From Chloroflexota bacterium (lineage in GTDB: Bacteria > Chloroflexota > UBA11872): a stretch of 64,000 nt of DNA. Shown here one piece after another: positions 11,627 to 20,906 of the stretch. Made by a program: the position numbers and the translations under genes. The stretch covers positions 925,385-989,384 of the forward strand of contig CBDAOU010000001.1 in NCBI GenBank assembly GCA_965198185.1. Direction: 5' to 3'. Numbering within the stretch: the first letter of the stretch is position 1; each line of letters opens with the position of its first letter. Under the pieces are notes generated by a model. That model saw only the letters and a program-made list of their open reading frames with translations. It did not search any database and had not been told where the DNA came from.

Positions 11627-12535
11627 GTGAGTCGCGCGGCGCCCCAGGTGCTGCGCGTGGCCACGCGGAGGACGCCGCTGGCGCGTGCCCAAACCGCCCT
11701 TGTCGTCGAAGCGCTGCAGCGCACCCATCCCCGACTGCGTTGCGAGGCGGTGGTCGTGCGCACCACCGGCGACGCCGACGCCACGCGCCCGATCACGGCC
11801 CTCGGCGAGCGCGGCGTATTCACCAAGGCCCTGCAAGACGCCCTGCTTGAGGGGCGCGCGGATGCGGCCGTGCACAGCTACAAGGACATGCCCACCGAGC
11901 CGGTGCCCGGCCTGACGATCGCGGCCGTGCCGCTGCGCGGGGACCCGCGCGAGGCGCTCGTGGCCGGTCCCGTGCGCTCGCTGAATGACCTCGAACCCGG
12001 CGCGACCATCGGCACAGGCAGCCCCCGACGCGGCGCACAGGCGCTGCGGCAGCGCCCCGACTTGAAGATCGTGCCGCTGCGCGGCAGCGTGGGGTCACGC
12101 GTCGCCGCCCAGCAGGAGGGACGCATTCACGGAACGATCATGGCCGTTGCCGGATTGCAGCGCGCTGGACTGGACGCGGCCATCTCCGCCGTGCTCGAGC
12201 CGCCGGACTTCCTGCCGGCGCCCGCCCAGGCGGCGCTGGCCGTCGAGGCGCCGCTGGACCGTCCGGACGTGCTGGAAGCCGTCGCGCCGCTCGACAATCC
12301 GGCGGCCCGAGCCGCCACCACCGCCGAGCGGACGTTCCTGCACGACCTTCAGGGCGGCTGCTCGCTGCCGGCGGCGGCGCTGGCCACCGTGAGCCAGGGC
12401 GAGCTCGTGCTCGATACCGCTGTCTACGTTGAAGACGGCGGCGTGGTGCGCACCCACCGGCGCGGTCCCGTCGCCGAGGCGGCGGCGCTCGGCCGCGAGG
12501 CGGCGGCCGAGACCGTCGCCCGAGGCGTCGCATGA
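11627..12535 (+). CDS. hemC: Hydroxymethylbilane synthase
   Basis: ATRRTPLARAQ, GVFTKAL, AVHSYKDMP, AERTFL, GGCSLP. Confidence 0.93.
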   Translation: MSRAAPQVLRVATRRTPLARAQTALVVEALQRTHPRLRCEAVVVRTTGDADATRPITALGERGVFTKALQDALLEGRADAAVHSYKDMPTEPVPGLTIAAVPLRGDPREALVAGPVRSLNDLEPGATIGTGSPRRGAQALRQRPDLKIVPLRGSVGSRVAAQQEGRIHGTIMAVAGLQRAGLDAAISAVLEPPDFLPAPAQAALAVEAPLDRPDVLEAVAPLDNPAARAATTAERTFLHDLQGGCSLPAAALATVSQGELVLDTAVYVEDGGVVRTHRRGPVAEAAALGREAAAETVARGVA

Positions 12536-13278
12536 CCGCCCAGCCCGGCACCGTGCATCTGGTGGGAGCCGGTCCCGGCGATCCGGGCCTCATCACCGTG
12601 CGCGGCCGGCAGATTCTGCAGAGCGCCGACGTCGTGGTGTACGACCGCCTCGTCGCTCCCGAATTGCTCGAGTCCGTCAGGCCCGACGCGGAGCGCGTGC
12701 CTGCCGGCAAGGCCCCGGGCGGGCGCGGGCCAGCCCAAGCCCAGATCAACGCGCAGATCATCGAGCATGCGCGCGCCGGGCGGTCCGTCTGCCGCCTCAA
12801 GGGCGGCGACCCGTTCGTGTTCGGCCGCGGCGCCGAAGAGATTGCGGAGGTGGCGGCGGCCGGGATTCCGTGGGACGTCGTACCGGGCGTGACCTCGGCC
12901 GTGGCCGCGCCCGCCGCCGCCGGCATTCCGCTGACGCATCGCGACTGGGCCTCGACCGCGACGCTGGTGACAGGCCATGAGGGTGAGGGCAAGGACGGCG
13001 CACCGGTCGACTGGGCCGCGGTCGCCGCCACCGGCGGCACCATCGTGATCCTGATGGGTGTCGCCACTCTGGCTACGACGAGTGCCCGGCTGATCGCCGA
13101 GGGACGCGCACCCACCGAGCCGGTGGCCGTGATCGAATGGGCCACCTGGCCCGATCAACGCATCACGGTCGGCACGCTGGCCGACATCGCCGACACCGCC
13201 GAGCGACTGGCAGTGCGCAATCCGGCGGTGGTCGTCGTGGGTCCGGTGGTTCGGGCGCTGCCGGGCGGCTCGAAGTGA
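12532..13278 (+). CDS. cobA: Uroporphyrinogen-III C-methyltransferase
   Basis: LVGAGPGDPGLIT, VYDRLV, RLKGGDPFVFGRGAEE, GIPLTHR. Confidence 0.93.
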   Translation: MTAQPGTVHLVGAGPGDPGLITVRGRQILQSADVVVYDRLVAPELLESVRPDAERVPAGKAPGGRGPAQAQINAQIIEHARAGRSVCRLKGGDPFVFGRGAEEIAEVAAAGIPWDVVPGVTSAVAAPAAAGIPLTHRDWASTATLVTGHEGEGKDGAPVDWAAVAATGGTIVILMGVATLATTSARLIAEGRAPTEPVAVIEWATWPDQRITVGTLADIADTAERLAVRNPAVVVVGPVVRALPGGSK

Positions 13279-14048
13279 ACCGCCAGCCACGCGTCGTGGT
13301 GACGCGGCCGCAGGACGCCTCCGACGACCTGGTTACCCGGCTTGAGGATTTGGGATTCGAGGTCGTGCACGTGCCCGCGATCGAGATTGGCCCGCCCCGC
13401 AGCTACCAGGCGCTGGACCGCCTGGTGGCAAACCCCGAGCAGGCCGACTGGTTGCTCTTCACCAGCCGCAATGCCGTGCGCTACTTCGTGCAGCGCAGCC
13501 GGCGACTGCGGCGACCCCGGGCCGTGCCCGACGGTGTGAGGGTCGCGGTAGTGGGACCGGCGACACGGGCCGCGTGCGTTCGGGCCGACATCGACGTGGA
13601 CCTGGAGTCGGCCGGAAGGACTGGTCAAGATCTGGCCCAAGAAGTCATGCCGCGGGCGGAGCCGGGAGGCGTCATGGTCGTCGTGCAAGCCGAGGACGGA
13701 CGGACGGACGCCACCGAACTGCTGGTGATGGCGGGATTTCAGGCACGGTCGGTGGCGGCCTACCGCACGCGCAGCGCAAGGGTGCCGCCGGCCGTGGCGC
13801 AGGGCATCAAGGACGGCGAGGTCGATGCCCTGGCCTTCGCCAGCCCGTCCAGCGTGGTCAGCTTCGCCATCGCGCTTGGCGGCCTGAGCAAGGCGCCCGC
13901 GTCGGTGCGCATTGTGGCTATCGGGCAGACCACGGCGGACGCCTGCCGGCGCGCCGGACGCGCCCCGGACGCCGTGGCGCGGGAGTCTTCCGCGGCGGCG
14001 CTCGCGGAGGCCGTCGCGGAAGTCGTGCAAGCGGCGGGGGCCGCCTGA
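13275..14048 (+). CDS. hemD: Uroporphyrinogen-III synthase
   Basis: VVVTRP, LFTSRNAV, VVGPAT, AYRT, FASPSSV, AIGQTTA; GTGA overlap with cobA. Confidence 0.88.
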   Translation: MNRQPRVVVTRPQDASDDLVTRLEDLGFEVVHVPAIEIGPPRSYQALDRLVANPEQADWLLFTSRNAVRYFVQRSRRLRRPRAVPDGVRVAVVGPATRAACVRADIDVDLESAGRTGQDLAQEVMPRAEPGGVMVVVQAEDGRTDATELLVMAGFQARSVAAYRTRSARVPPAVAQGIKDGEVDALAFASPSSVVSFAIALGGLSKAPASVRIVAIGQTTADACRRAGRAPDAVARESSAAALAEAVAEVVQAAGAA

Positions 14049-15082
14049 TGGCTGCTGACGGGCACCGACCTGACGAATCGCGACCCGAAGTCTGGGTGCC
14101 GCCGGTCGTTCGTCCGCGTCGGCTGCGCGCCACCCCGTCGTTGCGCCGCATGCTGCGCGAGACGCGGCTATCGGTTGACCAGTTCATCTACCCGCTGTTC
14201 GTCGCCCCCGGTAGCGACCGCGTCGAGGCCATTGACGCCATGCCCGGGCAGTTCCTGCGCTCGGTCGATCGCCTGGTGGACGAGGCGCGGCGCGTCGCGG
14301 ACCTGGGCATCCCCGCCGTGCTGCTGTTCGGCCGCGCGGCCACCAAGGATGCGCGGGGAAGCGAGTCATCGTCGCCGCAGGGCGCCGTGCAGCGCGCCGT
14401 CGGCGCCATCAAGGCCGCGGTTCCAGATCTGACGGTGATCACCGACGTCTGCCTCTGCGCCTACACCGACCATGGGCACTGCGGCATCGTCGTCGGCGAA
14501 CAGATCGACAACGATCGATCGGTCGCGCGCATCGCGGACACGGCGTTGTCGCACGCGGCCGCGGGCGCGGACCTGGTGGCGCCCTCCGACATGATGGATG
14601 GCCGCGTGGCCGCCATCCGCGCCGCCCTCGACGCCGCCGGCCATTCCGACGTGGGAATCTTGGCCTACGCGGCCAAGGCCGCCAGCGCCTTCTACGGACC
14701 GTTCCGCGAGGCCGCCGACTCGGCGCCCGCGTTCGGCGACCGGCGCAGCTATCAGCTGGACCCCGCGAACGCGCGCGAGGCCCTGCGCGAGGTCGAGCTG
14801 GACGTGGCCGAAGGCGCCGACATCGTCATGGTCAAGCCGGCGCTGGTGAACCTGGATATCGTGGCGCGCGTGCGCGACCGCGTCAGCGTGCCGGTGGCCG
14901 CCTACTTCGTCAGCGGCGAATACGCCGCCATCAAGGCCGCCGCCGCCCAGGGCTGGCTCGACGAGCGCGCCGCGGCGCTCGAAGCCCTCACGGCCATCGT
15001 CCGGGCGGGCGCTCAGCTGGTCGTGACCTACTTTGCGCCGGATGCGGCCCAATGGCTCCGCGACGAGGAGATGCGCGACTGA
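14048..15082 (+). CDS. hemB: Porphobilinogen synthase
   Basis: RPRRLR, DVCLCAYTDHGHCG, APSDMMDGRV, FYGPFREA, MVKPA. Confidence 0.95.
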   Translation: MAADGHRPDESRPEVWVPPVVRPRRLRATPSLRRMLRETRLSVDQFIYPLFVAPGSDRVEAIDAMPGQFLRSVDRLVDEARRVADLGIPAVLLFGRAATKDARGSESSSPQGAVQRAVGAIKAAVPDLTVITDVCLCAYTDHGHCGIVVGEQIDNDRSVARIADTALSHAAAGADLVAPSDMMDGRVAAIRAALDAAGHSDVGILAYAAKAASAFYGPFREAADSAPAFGDRRSYQLDPANAREALREVELDVAEGADIVMVKPALVNLDIVARVRDRVSVPVAAYFVSGEYAAIKAAAAQGWLDERAAALEALTAIVRAGAQLVVTYFAPDAAQWLRDEEMRD

Positions 15083-15108
15083 CCGCCAGCGCCTGGCGAG
15101 GGATCGCC

Positions 15109-15963
15109 ATGTCGGTCGCCGCGGCCCTGCTGTTCATGTGGAGCGGCGCCCTTACCCGGCTCGCCGTCCCCGCGTCGCCGGCCGTGGTGACCTTCGGGCG
15201 TCTGGCCGTGGCGGTGGTGGTGGTGCTGATCTTGGCCGTGGCGCTGCGCCGCCCGCTGCGGCCCGCGCTCAGTCTGCGCCACGCCGTGCTGGGGGTGACG
15301 CTCTTTCTCCACTTCTATCTGTTCACGGTGGCGGCGCAGACGTCGACCGTCGCCCACGCGCTGTCCATCACGTATACAGCCCCGATATTCGTCGCCGCCG
15401 GCTCGGTGCTGCTCCTGCGCGAGCCGCCCTCGCGCGTCCAACTGGCCGGCGTGGTGGCCGCCGTCGTGGGGATCGGCATCCTCGTCGGCTTCGACCCGGG
15501 AGAGGCCGAAGTCTCGCTTCTCGGCGATCTGGCGGCGCTGGGATCGGCGGTCACGCTGGCGGCCTATGTCCTGGCGGGACGCTGGCTGCGCCGCGCCAAC
15601 CCGCTGGAGACCTACGTCACGGGCGTCTACGGCTGGGCGGCTCTGGCGGCCCTTCCGGGCGCGGTGGCCACCCTGGACGTCGCGGCCCTTGAGGACACCT
15701 GGCTGTGGATCGTGCTCCTCGGGATCGGCCCGCTGGCGGTTGGGCACACCCTCATCAACGCCGCCTTGCGCCGGCTGCCCGCCACCGTGCCCAACGTCGT
15801 CGCGGCGCAGGAAGTGCCGGCGGGGGTGCTCATCGGCGTCTGGCTGGTGCAGGAAGTGCCGGGGCCGACGACGCTTATCGGCGGCCTCATCGCCCTTGCC
15901 GGGGTGATCGCCGTCATCACGGGCGCACGGGGAACCCGCAGCCTCCAAGCCTCACCGACCTAA
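15109..15963 (+). CDS. DMT/EamA family transporter
   Basis: About 10 hydrophobic segments, YTAPIFV...LLREP, GDLAAL, GHTLINAAL; start uncertain (15052-15109). Confidence 0.8.
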   Translation: MSVAAALLFMWSGALTRLAVPASPAVVTFGRLAVAVVVVLILAVALRRPLRPALSLRHAVLGVTLFLHFYLFTVAAQTSTVAHALSITYTAPIFVAAGSVLLLREPPSRVQLAGVVAAVVGIGILVGFDPGEAEVSLLGDLAALGSAVTLAAYVLAGRWLRRANPLETYVTGVYGWAALAALPGAVATLDVAALEDTWLWIVLLGIGPLAVGHTLINAALRRLPATVPNVVAAQEVPAGVLIGVWLVQEVPGPTTLIGGLIALAGVIAVITGARGTRSLQASPT

Positions 15964-17996
15964 GGCGCGAACCGCAGCGTTGCCACCGCACCGGGCCCAA
16001 CGTCGCGCGCCGCGATGGCCACCGAGCCCTCCAGGTTGCGCTCCGAAAGGTTGCGCACGATGGAGAGGCCCAGACCGCGATCGGATTCGAGATCGAAGCC
16101 CGGCGGCAATCCGCGACCGTTATCGGCAACGGTCACGATCAGGGTCGGGCCGTCGAGCCGCGCCGTCACGTGGATCTGCCCGGAAGGCCGTCCTTCCAGC
16201 CCGTGCTGAAGCGCGTTCCAGAGCAGCTCGTTAACCACCAGGGCAAATACCGAGGCCTTGTCCGAGGTGATCTGCGCCGGCTCGGCCTCCACCTGGATTT
16301 CCACCGACCGCCCGCTGACCGCGAGGTCGGCGCGCATCAGGGTCACCATGGCCTCGATGATCTCGCCCACGAACGCCAGCCCGATGTCCTGGCGGGACAG
16401 CAGATCGTGCACCTGCGCCATGCCGGCAATGCGTCCGGCGCTGAGCTTGAGCAGCTCGGCCGCCTCGTCCGTCTGCGCGCGCCGCGCCTGCATCTCCAGC
16501 AGCGACTTGATGGTCTGCATGTTGTTCTTTACGCGGTGGTGCAGCTCCTGCAGCAGCAGCGACTGGCTCGCCAGGCTGCTGCGCGCCTCCTCGAACAGTC
16601 GCGCGTTCTCCATGGCGATCGCCGCGTGATTGCCGAAGGTGAACGCCAGGTCGACCTGTTCCTGGCTGATATCGCCGGGCTGCTGGCTGTAGAGGCTCAC
16701 CGCGCCCAGCACGTCATCGCCCGTGATCAGCGGCACGCAGAACATGGCGCGGTAGCCCTCCCGGCGAACCAGGTCGGGTGACGCCGACAGCAGGTCACTG
16801 TTGGTGGCATCGGGCACGACCACCGGCGCGCGCGTGTGCACCGCGCGGCCGACCGCGCCTTCACCCAGTTCCAATCGGTGTTGCGTGTACTCGGGGCCGA
16901 GATTGAACGAGGTGATGATGCGCAGGTCGTCGTCCGTGACGCGCCAGATGGCCGCCTTCTCCATGCCCGTGAGCTCGGCGGCCTGCCGGGCGATCTGAGC
17001 CAGCACCGACTGGAGTTCCAGGTTCGAGGCCAGCGTGCGCGCCAGATTCTGTACCGAGGTCAACTGCTCGACCTTGCCGTGCAGGGCGTCGTCGGTCTCG
17101 CCGTGCAGGCGGGCATTCTCCACCGCGATGGCGATATGTCCGGCGGTGATCTCGGCAAACCGAATCTCTTCCCGGGCGAAGTCGCGAAACTCCGTTGACG
17201 TCACATTGAGCACGCCGATCAGCCGGTTTACCGTGAAGAGCACGATGGGCACGGCGAGGAAGCTCTGCAGCCGCTCTTCTCCCAGACCGGGCACGTATTT
17301 GAAGCGCGGGTCGGACCACACGTCGCGCACCGGCACCGGACGGCCAATCTTGGCCGCCTCGCCGACGATGCCCTCGCCGATCCCCAGCGTGAGCTGACCC
17401 ACGGCCTCGGGGTTGAACGAGCGCGTGCCCCGCAGGATCAGGCGATCGATGGCGGGGTCGTAGAGATAGATCGTGACCTCGGGCGCGTTCAGGACTTCGC
17501 CCACCGACTCGACCGTGAGCCGCAGCACCTCTTCCAGCTCAAGCGACGAGTTGATGGCCGCGTTGATGCGGTCCAGCCCCTCGATGGTGTCGGTGAGCTG
17601 CCGCTCGCGCTTGGTGGGACTTGAACTGAGGGCCACCACGGAGCTGTGTCCCTGGAGCAGAGCCTCGACGACGAGCGCCTGCAGCTCGGCCAGGCGCTCG
17701 GCGGCATGCAGCCGCTGCGAGGCGTCGAGCCGGCCCAGGTAGTCGGTCGCGGAGTGTCCCAGACGTCGGATCGCGGTCGAAGACAACACCGCCGCCGAGC
17801 TCCCATGACTGGCGGCCTCTACGCCGGCGGCGTGCAGGTGTTGGCGGAACTCCAGGGAAGCGCCCAGCTGGAGCGCTAGGCGGGCCAGCTCGTGCGGCGG
17901 CGCGGTCACACGACCGGCTTCGCGGTCGGCCAGCCACAGCGCCAGTCGCTCGGCGTCAACCATATCGGCGCCGTTCTCCGTGGGCGGTGACCTCAT
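15960..17996 (-). CDS. Cytoplasmic sensor histidine kinase (N-terminal helical domain, 2x GAF, HisKA_2, HATPase)
   Basis: GEGIVG/GEGAVG GAF motifs, ELHHRVKNNMQ, NELLWNALQHG, DNGRGLP, GLGL; no TM segment; no response regulator adjacent. Confidence 0.88.
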   Translation of the reverse strand: MRSPPTENGADMVDAERLALWLADREAGRVTAPPHELARLALQLGASLEFRQHLHAAGVEAASHGSSAAVLSSTAIRRLGHSATDYLGRLDASQRLHAAERLAELQALVVEALLQGHSSVVALSSSPTKRERQLTDTIEGLDRINAAINSSLELEEVLRLTVESVGEVLNAPEVTIYLYDPAIDRLILRGTRSFNPEAVGQLTLGIGEGIVGEAAKIGRPVPVRDVWSDPRFKYVPGLGEERLQSFLAVPIVLFTVNRLIGVLNVTSTEFRDFAREEIRFAEITAGHIAIAVENARLHGETDDALHGKVEQLTSVQNLARTLASNLELQSVLAQIARQAAELTGMEKAAIWRVTDDDLRIITSFNLGPEYTQHRLELGEGAVGRAVHTRAPVVVPDATNSDLLSASPDLVRREGYRAMFCVPLITGDDVLGAVSLYSQQPGDISQEQVDLAFTFGNHAAIAMENARLFEEARSSLASQSLLLQELHHRVKNNMQTIKSLLEMQARRAQTDEAAELLKLSAGRIAGMAQVHDLLSRQDIGLAFVGEIIEAMVTLMRADLAVSGRSVEIQVEAEPAQITSDKASVFALVVNELLWNALQHGLEGRPSGQIHVTARLDGPTLIVTVADNGRGLPPGFDLESDRGLGLSIVRNLSERNLEGSVAIAARDVGPGAVATLRFAP

Positions 17997-18029
17997 GTCC
18001 GGCCGGTTCGGCTGCGGGCGCTCGGCTCG

Positions 18030-19172
18030 TCAGCGGCCGGCGGCACCGGCTTCGTCGCGCTCGGCTGGCGTGGGAACCACCGTGAAGGGGGATTTGCCGG
18101 GCGCGCTCGAGGCTCGCGACACCCGGCGTCGCAGACGGCGACCGGGCGCCGCCGTGGATGCGGCCGACGCCGCACGGCACCCGGTGGCGATCAGGGTGAT
18201 GCGCAGGCCTTGCGCCAGTCGCGGGTCGATCACCGAGCCGAAGATGATGTTGGCATCGTCCGCGACGACGTCGGCGACCGCCTGCGCGGCCGTATTCAAC
18301 TCGACAAGCGTGACATCTTCCGAGGCGGTCACGTTGAGCAGCACGCCGCGCGCCTCCTCGATGCTCGTCTCGAGCAGCGGGCTATGCATGGCCTCGTTGA
18401 CGGCCGCGATTGCCCGGTCATCACCGGAGGCTTCGCCGACACCCATCAGCGCCGGGCCGGCGTTGGTCATCACCGCCCGCACGTCCGCGAAGTCGACGTT
18501 GACGATTCCGGTCGTGAGGATGAGGTCGGTGATGCCTTGCACGCCGCGTTGCAGCATTTCGTCGGCCAGCACGAACGCGTCGCCAATGCCCATGCGCGGA
18601 TCGGACATCTTCAGCAGCCGGTCGTTGTGGACCACGATCAGCGCGTCCACTCGCTCGCTAAGGTCCTCAATCCCGGCCGCGGCGATCTGGCCGCGCCGCG
18701 TGCCCTCGAAGGTGAACGGGCTCGTCACCACGCCCACCGTCAGCGCACCCTGCTCCGAGGCGATATCGGCGATGGCCGGCGCGGCGCCGGTCCCCGTGCC
18801 GCCGCCCATGCCCGCCGCAATGAACACCATGTCGGCGCCATCGGCGGCTTCGGCCAGGGCGGTGGCGCTCTCGCTGGCCGCCTTCTCGCCGCGCCGCGGG
18901 TCGCCGCCCGCGCCGAGCTGCCCGGTGGTGTGCGTGCCGATCTGCACGATCTCGGCCGCGCGCGAGCCGCGCAGCGCTTGCGCGTCGGTGTTCACCGCGA
19001 CGAACTCCACGCCGTTGAGCCCGGCGTCGACCATGCGGTCCACGGCGTTCACCCCGGCCCCGCCCACGCCGATCACGCGGATTTGCGTGAAACCGGTCGC
19101 CCGGCCCGGCAGCGGGGCGTCGCGGGCCAAGATGCGCGGCACCAGCCCCGGCGGCCGGTTGCTGGCCTCCAT
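18030..19172 (-). CDS. ftsZ: FtsZ paralogue lacking the canonical C-terminal peptide
   Basis: IGVGGAGVNAV, NTDAQAL, GAGGDP, GMGGGTGTG, PFTFEG, T7 loop NVDFADV; tail has no (D/E)IPxFL; not in a dcw cluster. Confidence 0.92.
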   Translation of the reverse strand: MEASNRPPGLVPRILARDAPLPGRATGFTQIRVIGVGGAGVNAVDRMVDAGLNGVEFVAVNTDAQALRGSRAAEIVQIGTHTTGQLGAGGDPRRGEKAASESATALAEAADGADMVFIAAGMGGGTGTGAAPAIADIASEQGALTVGVVTSPFTFEGTRRGQIAAAGIEDLSERVDALIVVHNDRLLKMSDPRMGIGDAFVLADEMLQRGVQGITDLILTTGIVNVDFADVRAVMTNAGPALMGVGEASGDDRAIAAVNEAMHSPLLETSIEEARGVLLNVTASEDVTLVELNTAAQAVADVVADDANIIFGSVIDPRLAQGLRITLIATGCRAASAASTAAPGRRLRRRVSRASSAPGKSPFTVVPTPAERDEAGAAGR

Positions 19173-19200
19173 GCGCGCGGGATCGAAGCCGCCGCGGTCG

Positions 19201-19977
19201 CTAGGCGGCACGCGACAGCACTTCCTCGGCCAGGGCCTCGTAGGCGTCAACCGCCCGACGCACCCCGCGCCCGCGCGCGCCGGGCGCAAAGATCGAGAGC
19301 CCGGCGCTCGACGCTTCGAGAATCTTGCTGTTCGTCGGGATCTTGGCGGCGAACATCTCGCCGCCCCACTGTTCCTGCAGATACCCGGCCACGTGCTTTT
19401 CCTCGCGCAGGCGCCGGTCGAACTTGTTCAACACGATGCCGAGCACGCGCAGGTTCGGATTGACGATGGTCACCTCTTCGATGCTCTCGGTGAGCATCTG
19501 CAGGCCGCGCAGGGAGAAGAAGCGCGCCTCGGTGGGGATGATGACCCACTGTGCGGCGACCAGCGCGTTGAGGGTCAGCACGCCCAGCGACGGCGGCGTG
19601 TCGACGAGCACGAAGTCGTAGTCCTTGTCGATGCGCATCACGTGCTCGCGCAAGCGCATTTCGCGTCCGAGCTTGGTCTGGAGCTCGGTCTCCACCGCCG
19701 CCAACTCCGGCGTGCCCGGCACGAGGTCGATGGCAACGTCCTTGGCGTCTCTCACCCGGTAGCGGGGCAGCTCGGCATCGCGATGCAGCAGCGAATCCGC
19801 GAGCGACGGCGAAACCGCCTTGTCGAGGCCGAACGAGGTGGTGAGGTTGCTCTGCGGGTCCGTGTCGATGGCCAACACGCGCAGGTCGTGGCGGGCCAAC
19901 GTGACGGCAAGGTTGGCGGTGGTCGTGGTCTTGCCGACGCCGCCCTTCTGATTGGCAACGGCGATGGTGACAGCCAT
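19201..19977 (-). CDS. parA: ParA/Soj family ATPase, no adjacent parB
   Basis: NQKGGVGKTT, DTDPQSNLT, VDTPPSLG; GGAG before ATG; 28 bp upstream of ftsZ. Confidence 0.88.
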   Translation of the reverse strand: MAVTIAVANQKGGVGKTTTTANLAVTLARHDLRVLAIDTDPQSNLTTSFGLDKAVSPSLADSLLHRDAELPRYRVRDAKDVAIDLVPGTPELAAVETELQTKLGREMRLREHVMRIDKDYDFVLVDTPPSLGVLTLNALVAAQWVIIPTEARFFSLRGLQMLTESIEEVTIVNPNLRVLGIVLNKFDRRLREEKHVAGYLQEQWGGEMFAAKIPTNSKILEASSAGLSIFAPGARGRGVRRAVDAYEALAEEVLSRAA

Positions 19978-20032
19978 GGGCGTCTCCGGGCGCTGCCGCC
20001 CACGGGCCCCCACGGCAGGCAACGCCCCAGCG

Positions 20033-20061
20033 ATGGTAGGCGTCGCCCGCAATTGAGTCAA
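20033..20061 (-). promoter_or_regulatory. sigma70-type promoter of parA-ftsZ-kinase unit
   Basis: Minus strand TTGACT-N17-TACCAT. Confidence 0.6.
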
Positions 20062-20082
20062 CATAATTTGTATTCGGGTAGG

Positions 20083-20265
20083 GGGTCATTCTGAGTCCGT
20101 CATTCCGGCGAAAGCCGGAATCCATCTCCGTAAGTCAACCGGCGAATCGAGGGTGCCGCTGGGGCTGGGTCACCGTGCGGCGCTCAGATGTCAAAGTCGC
20201 CCACTACCTGTCTCCGGGCAGTGGGTCACATTGAGTCCGTCATTCCCGCGAAGGCGGGAATCCAG
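20083..20265. repeat. Two REP/dRS3-like palindromes in direct repeat (about 140 bp period)
   Basis: gtcattccggcgaaagccggaatcca (20099-20124) and gtcattcccgcgaaggcgggaatcca (20239-20264), each preceded by gggtca...tgagtcc. Confidence 0.85.
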
Positions 20266-20288
20266 CCGCCCTTCTTCACCCGAGGCAT

Positions 20289-20314
20289 GGAACGATTAAG
20301 CGGAAAGTGGCGTA
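20289..20314 (+). promoter_or_regulatory. ECF-type promoter
   Basis: GGAAC-N17-CGTA, conserved at 22993-23018 while the spacer differs. Confidence 0.65.
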
Positions 20315-20360
20315 CTTCTCTATGCAATACCCCGCCGAGCGCGGGCCATGAGGGCGGCTT

Positions 20361-20906
20361 ATGACGGATGAACAGGCGGTCCTGCGTTGTCAGGACGGCG
20401 ATCGCGAGGCGTTCCACCATCTGGTGGAACGCTATCAAGACCTGCTCTATCGCACGGCCATGCTGATGACTGGAAGCCGGGCGCTGGCCGAGGAGCTGGT
20501 CCAAGGGGCCCTGCGCTCGGCGTGGCGGGGCATCCACGGCTTCCACCACGGGTGCCCGGTCAAACCCTGGCTGATGCGCTACCTCGCCCGCGAGGGCGTG
20601 TCCCAGCGCCGCCAACAGCCGGTGGCCGCAGGCCCCGAGCAGGCGGCGGACCCTTCCAGTCCGGTCGAACCCGACGAGGCGCAGCACGAGCGCCAGGCGA
20701 TGCGGCAGGCCTTGGCCGGCCTCGATGCGGACCAGCGGCACATTCTGGTCCTGCACTACTTCGCCGATCTGACCGTCCCCCAGCTGGCGAAGGCCCTCGA
20801 AGCTCGGGAGGACACCCTCAACACCCGCCTCAGCCGCGCGCTTGGCCAACTGCGCGAGCGGCTCGAGGCGCACGGTGCCCAGGAGGTCGCCAACGATGGC
20901 ACCTAA
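20361..20906 (+). CDS. ECF RNA polymerase sigma factor
   Basis: GDREAF..LVERYQ, AEELVQ, KPWL region 2; region 4 ILVLHYFADLT...TLNTRLSRAL. Confidence 0.85.
   Translation: MTDEQAVLRCQDGDREAFHHLVERYQDLLYRTAMLMTGSRALAEELVQGALRSAWRGIHGFHHGCPVKPWLMRYLAREGVSQRRQQPVAAGPEQAADPSSPVEPDEAQHERQAMRQALAGLDADQRHILVLHYFADLTVPQLAKALEAREDTLNTRLSRALGQLRERLEAHGAQEVANDGT

Noticed and set aside
17980-20094. 704-aa plus-strand ORF and other long antisense ORFs (e.g. 52448-54454, 37590-39014, 50941-52245)
   Set aside because: Shadow frames of well-supported opposite-strand genes in high-GC DNA; no recognisable motifs
20189-20209. Possible solo IS end (minus strand GGTAGTGGGCGACTTTGACA)
   Set aside because: No matching second inverted repeat or transposase seen; cannot be supported
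20083-20265. Direct repeats as a possible CRISPR array
   Set aside because: Only two units, about 100-bp spacer, same family recurs at 45 kb as REP-like elements, no cas genes
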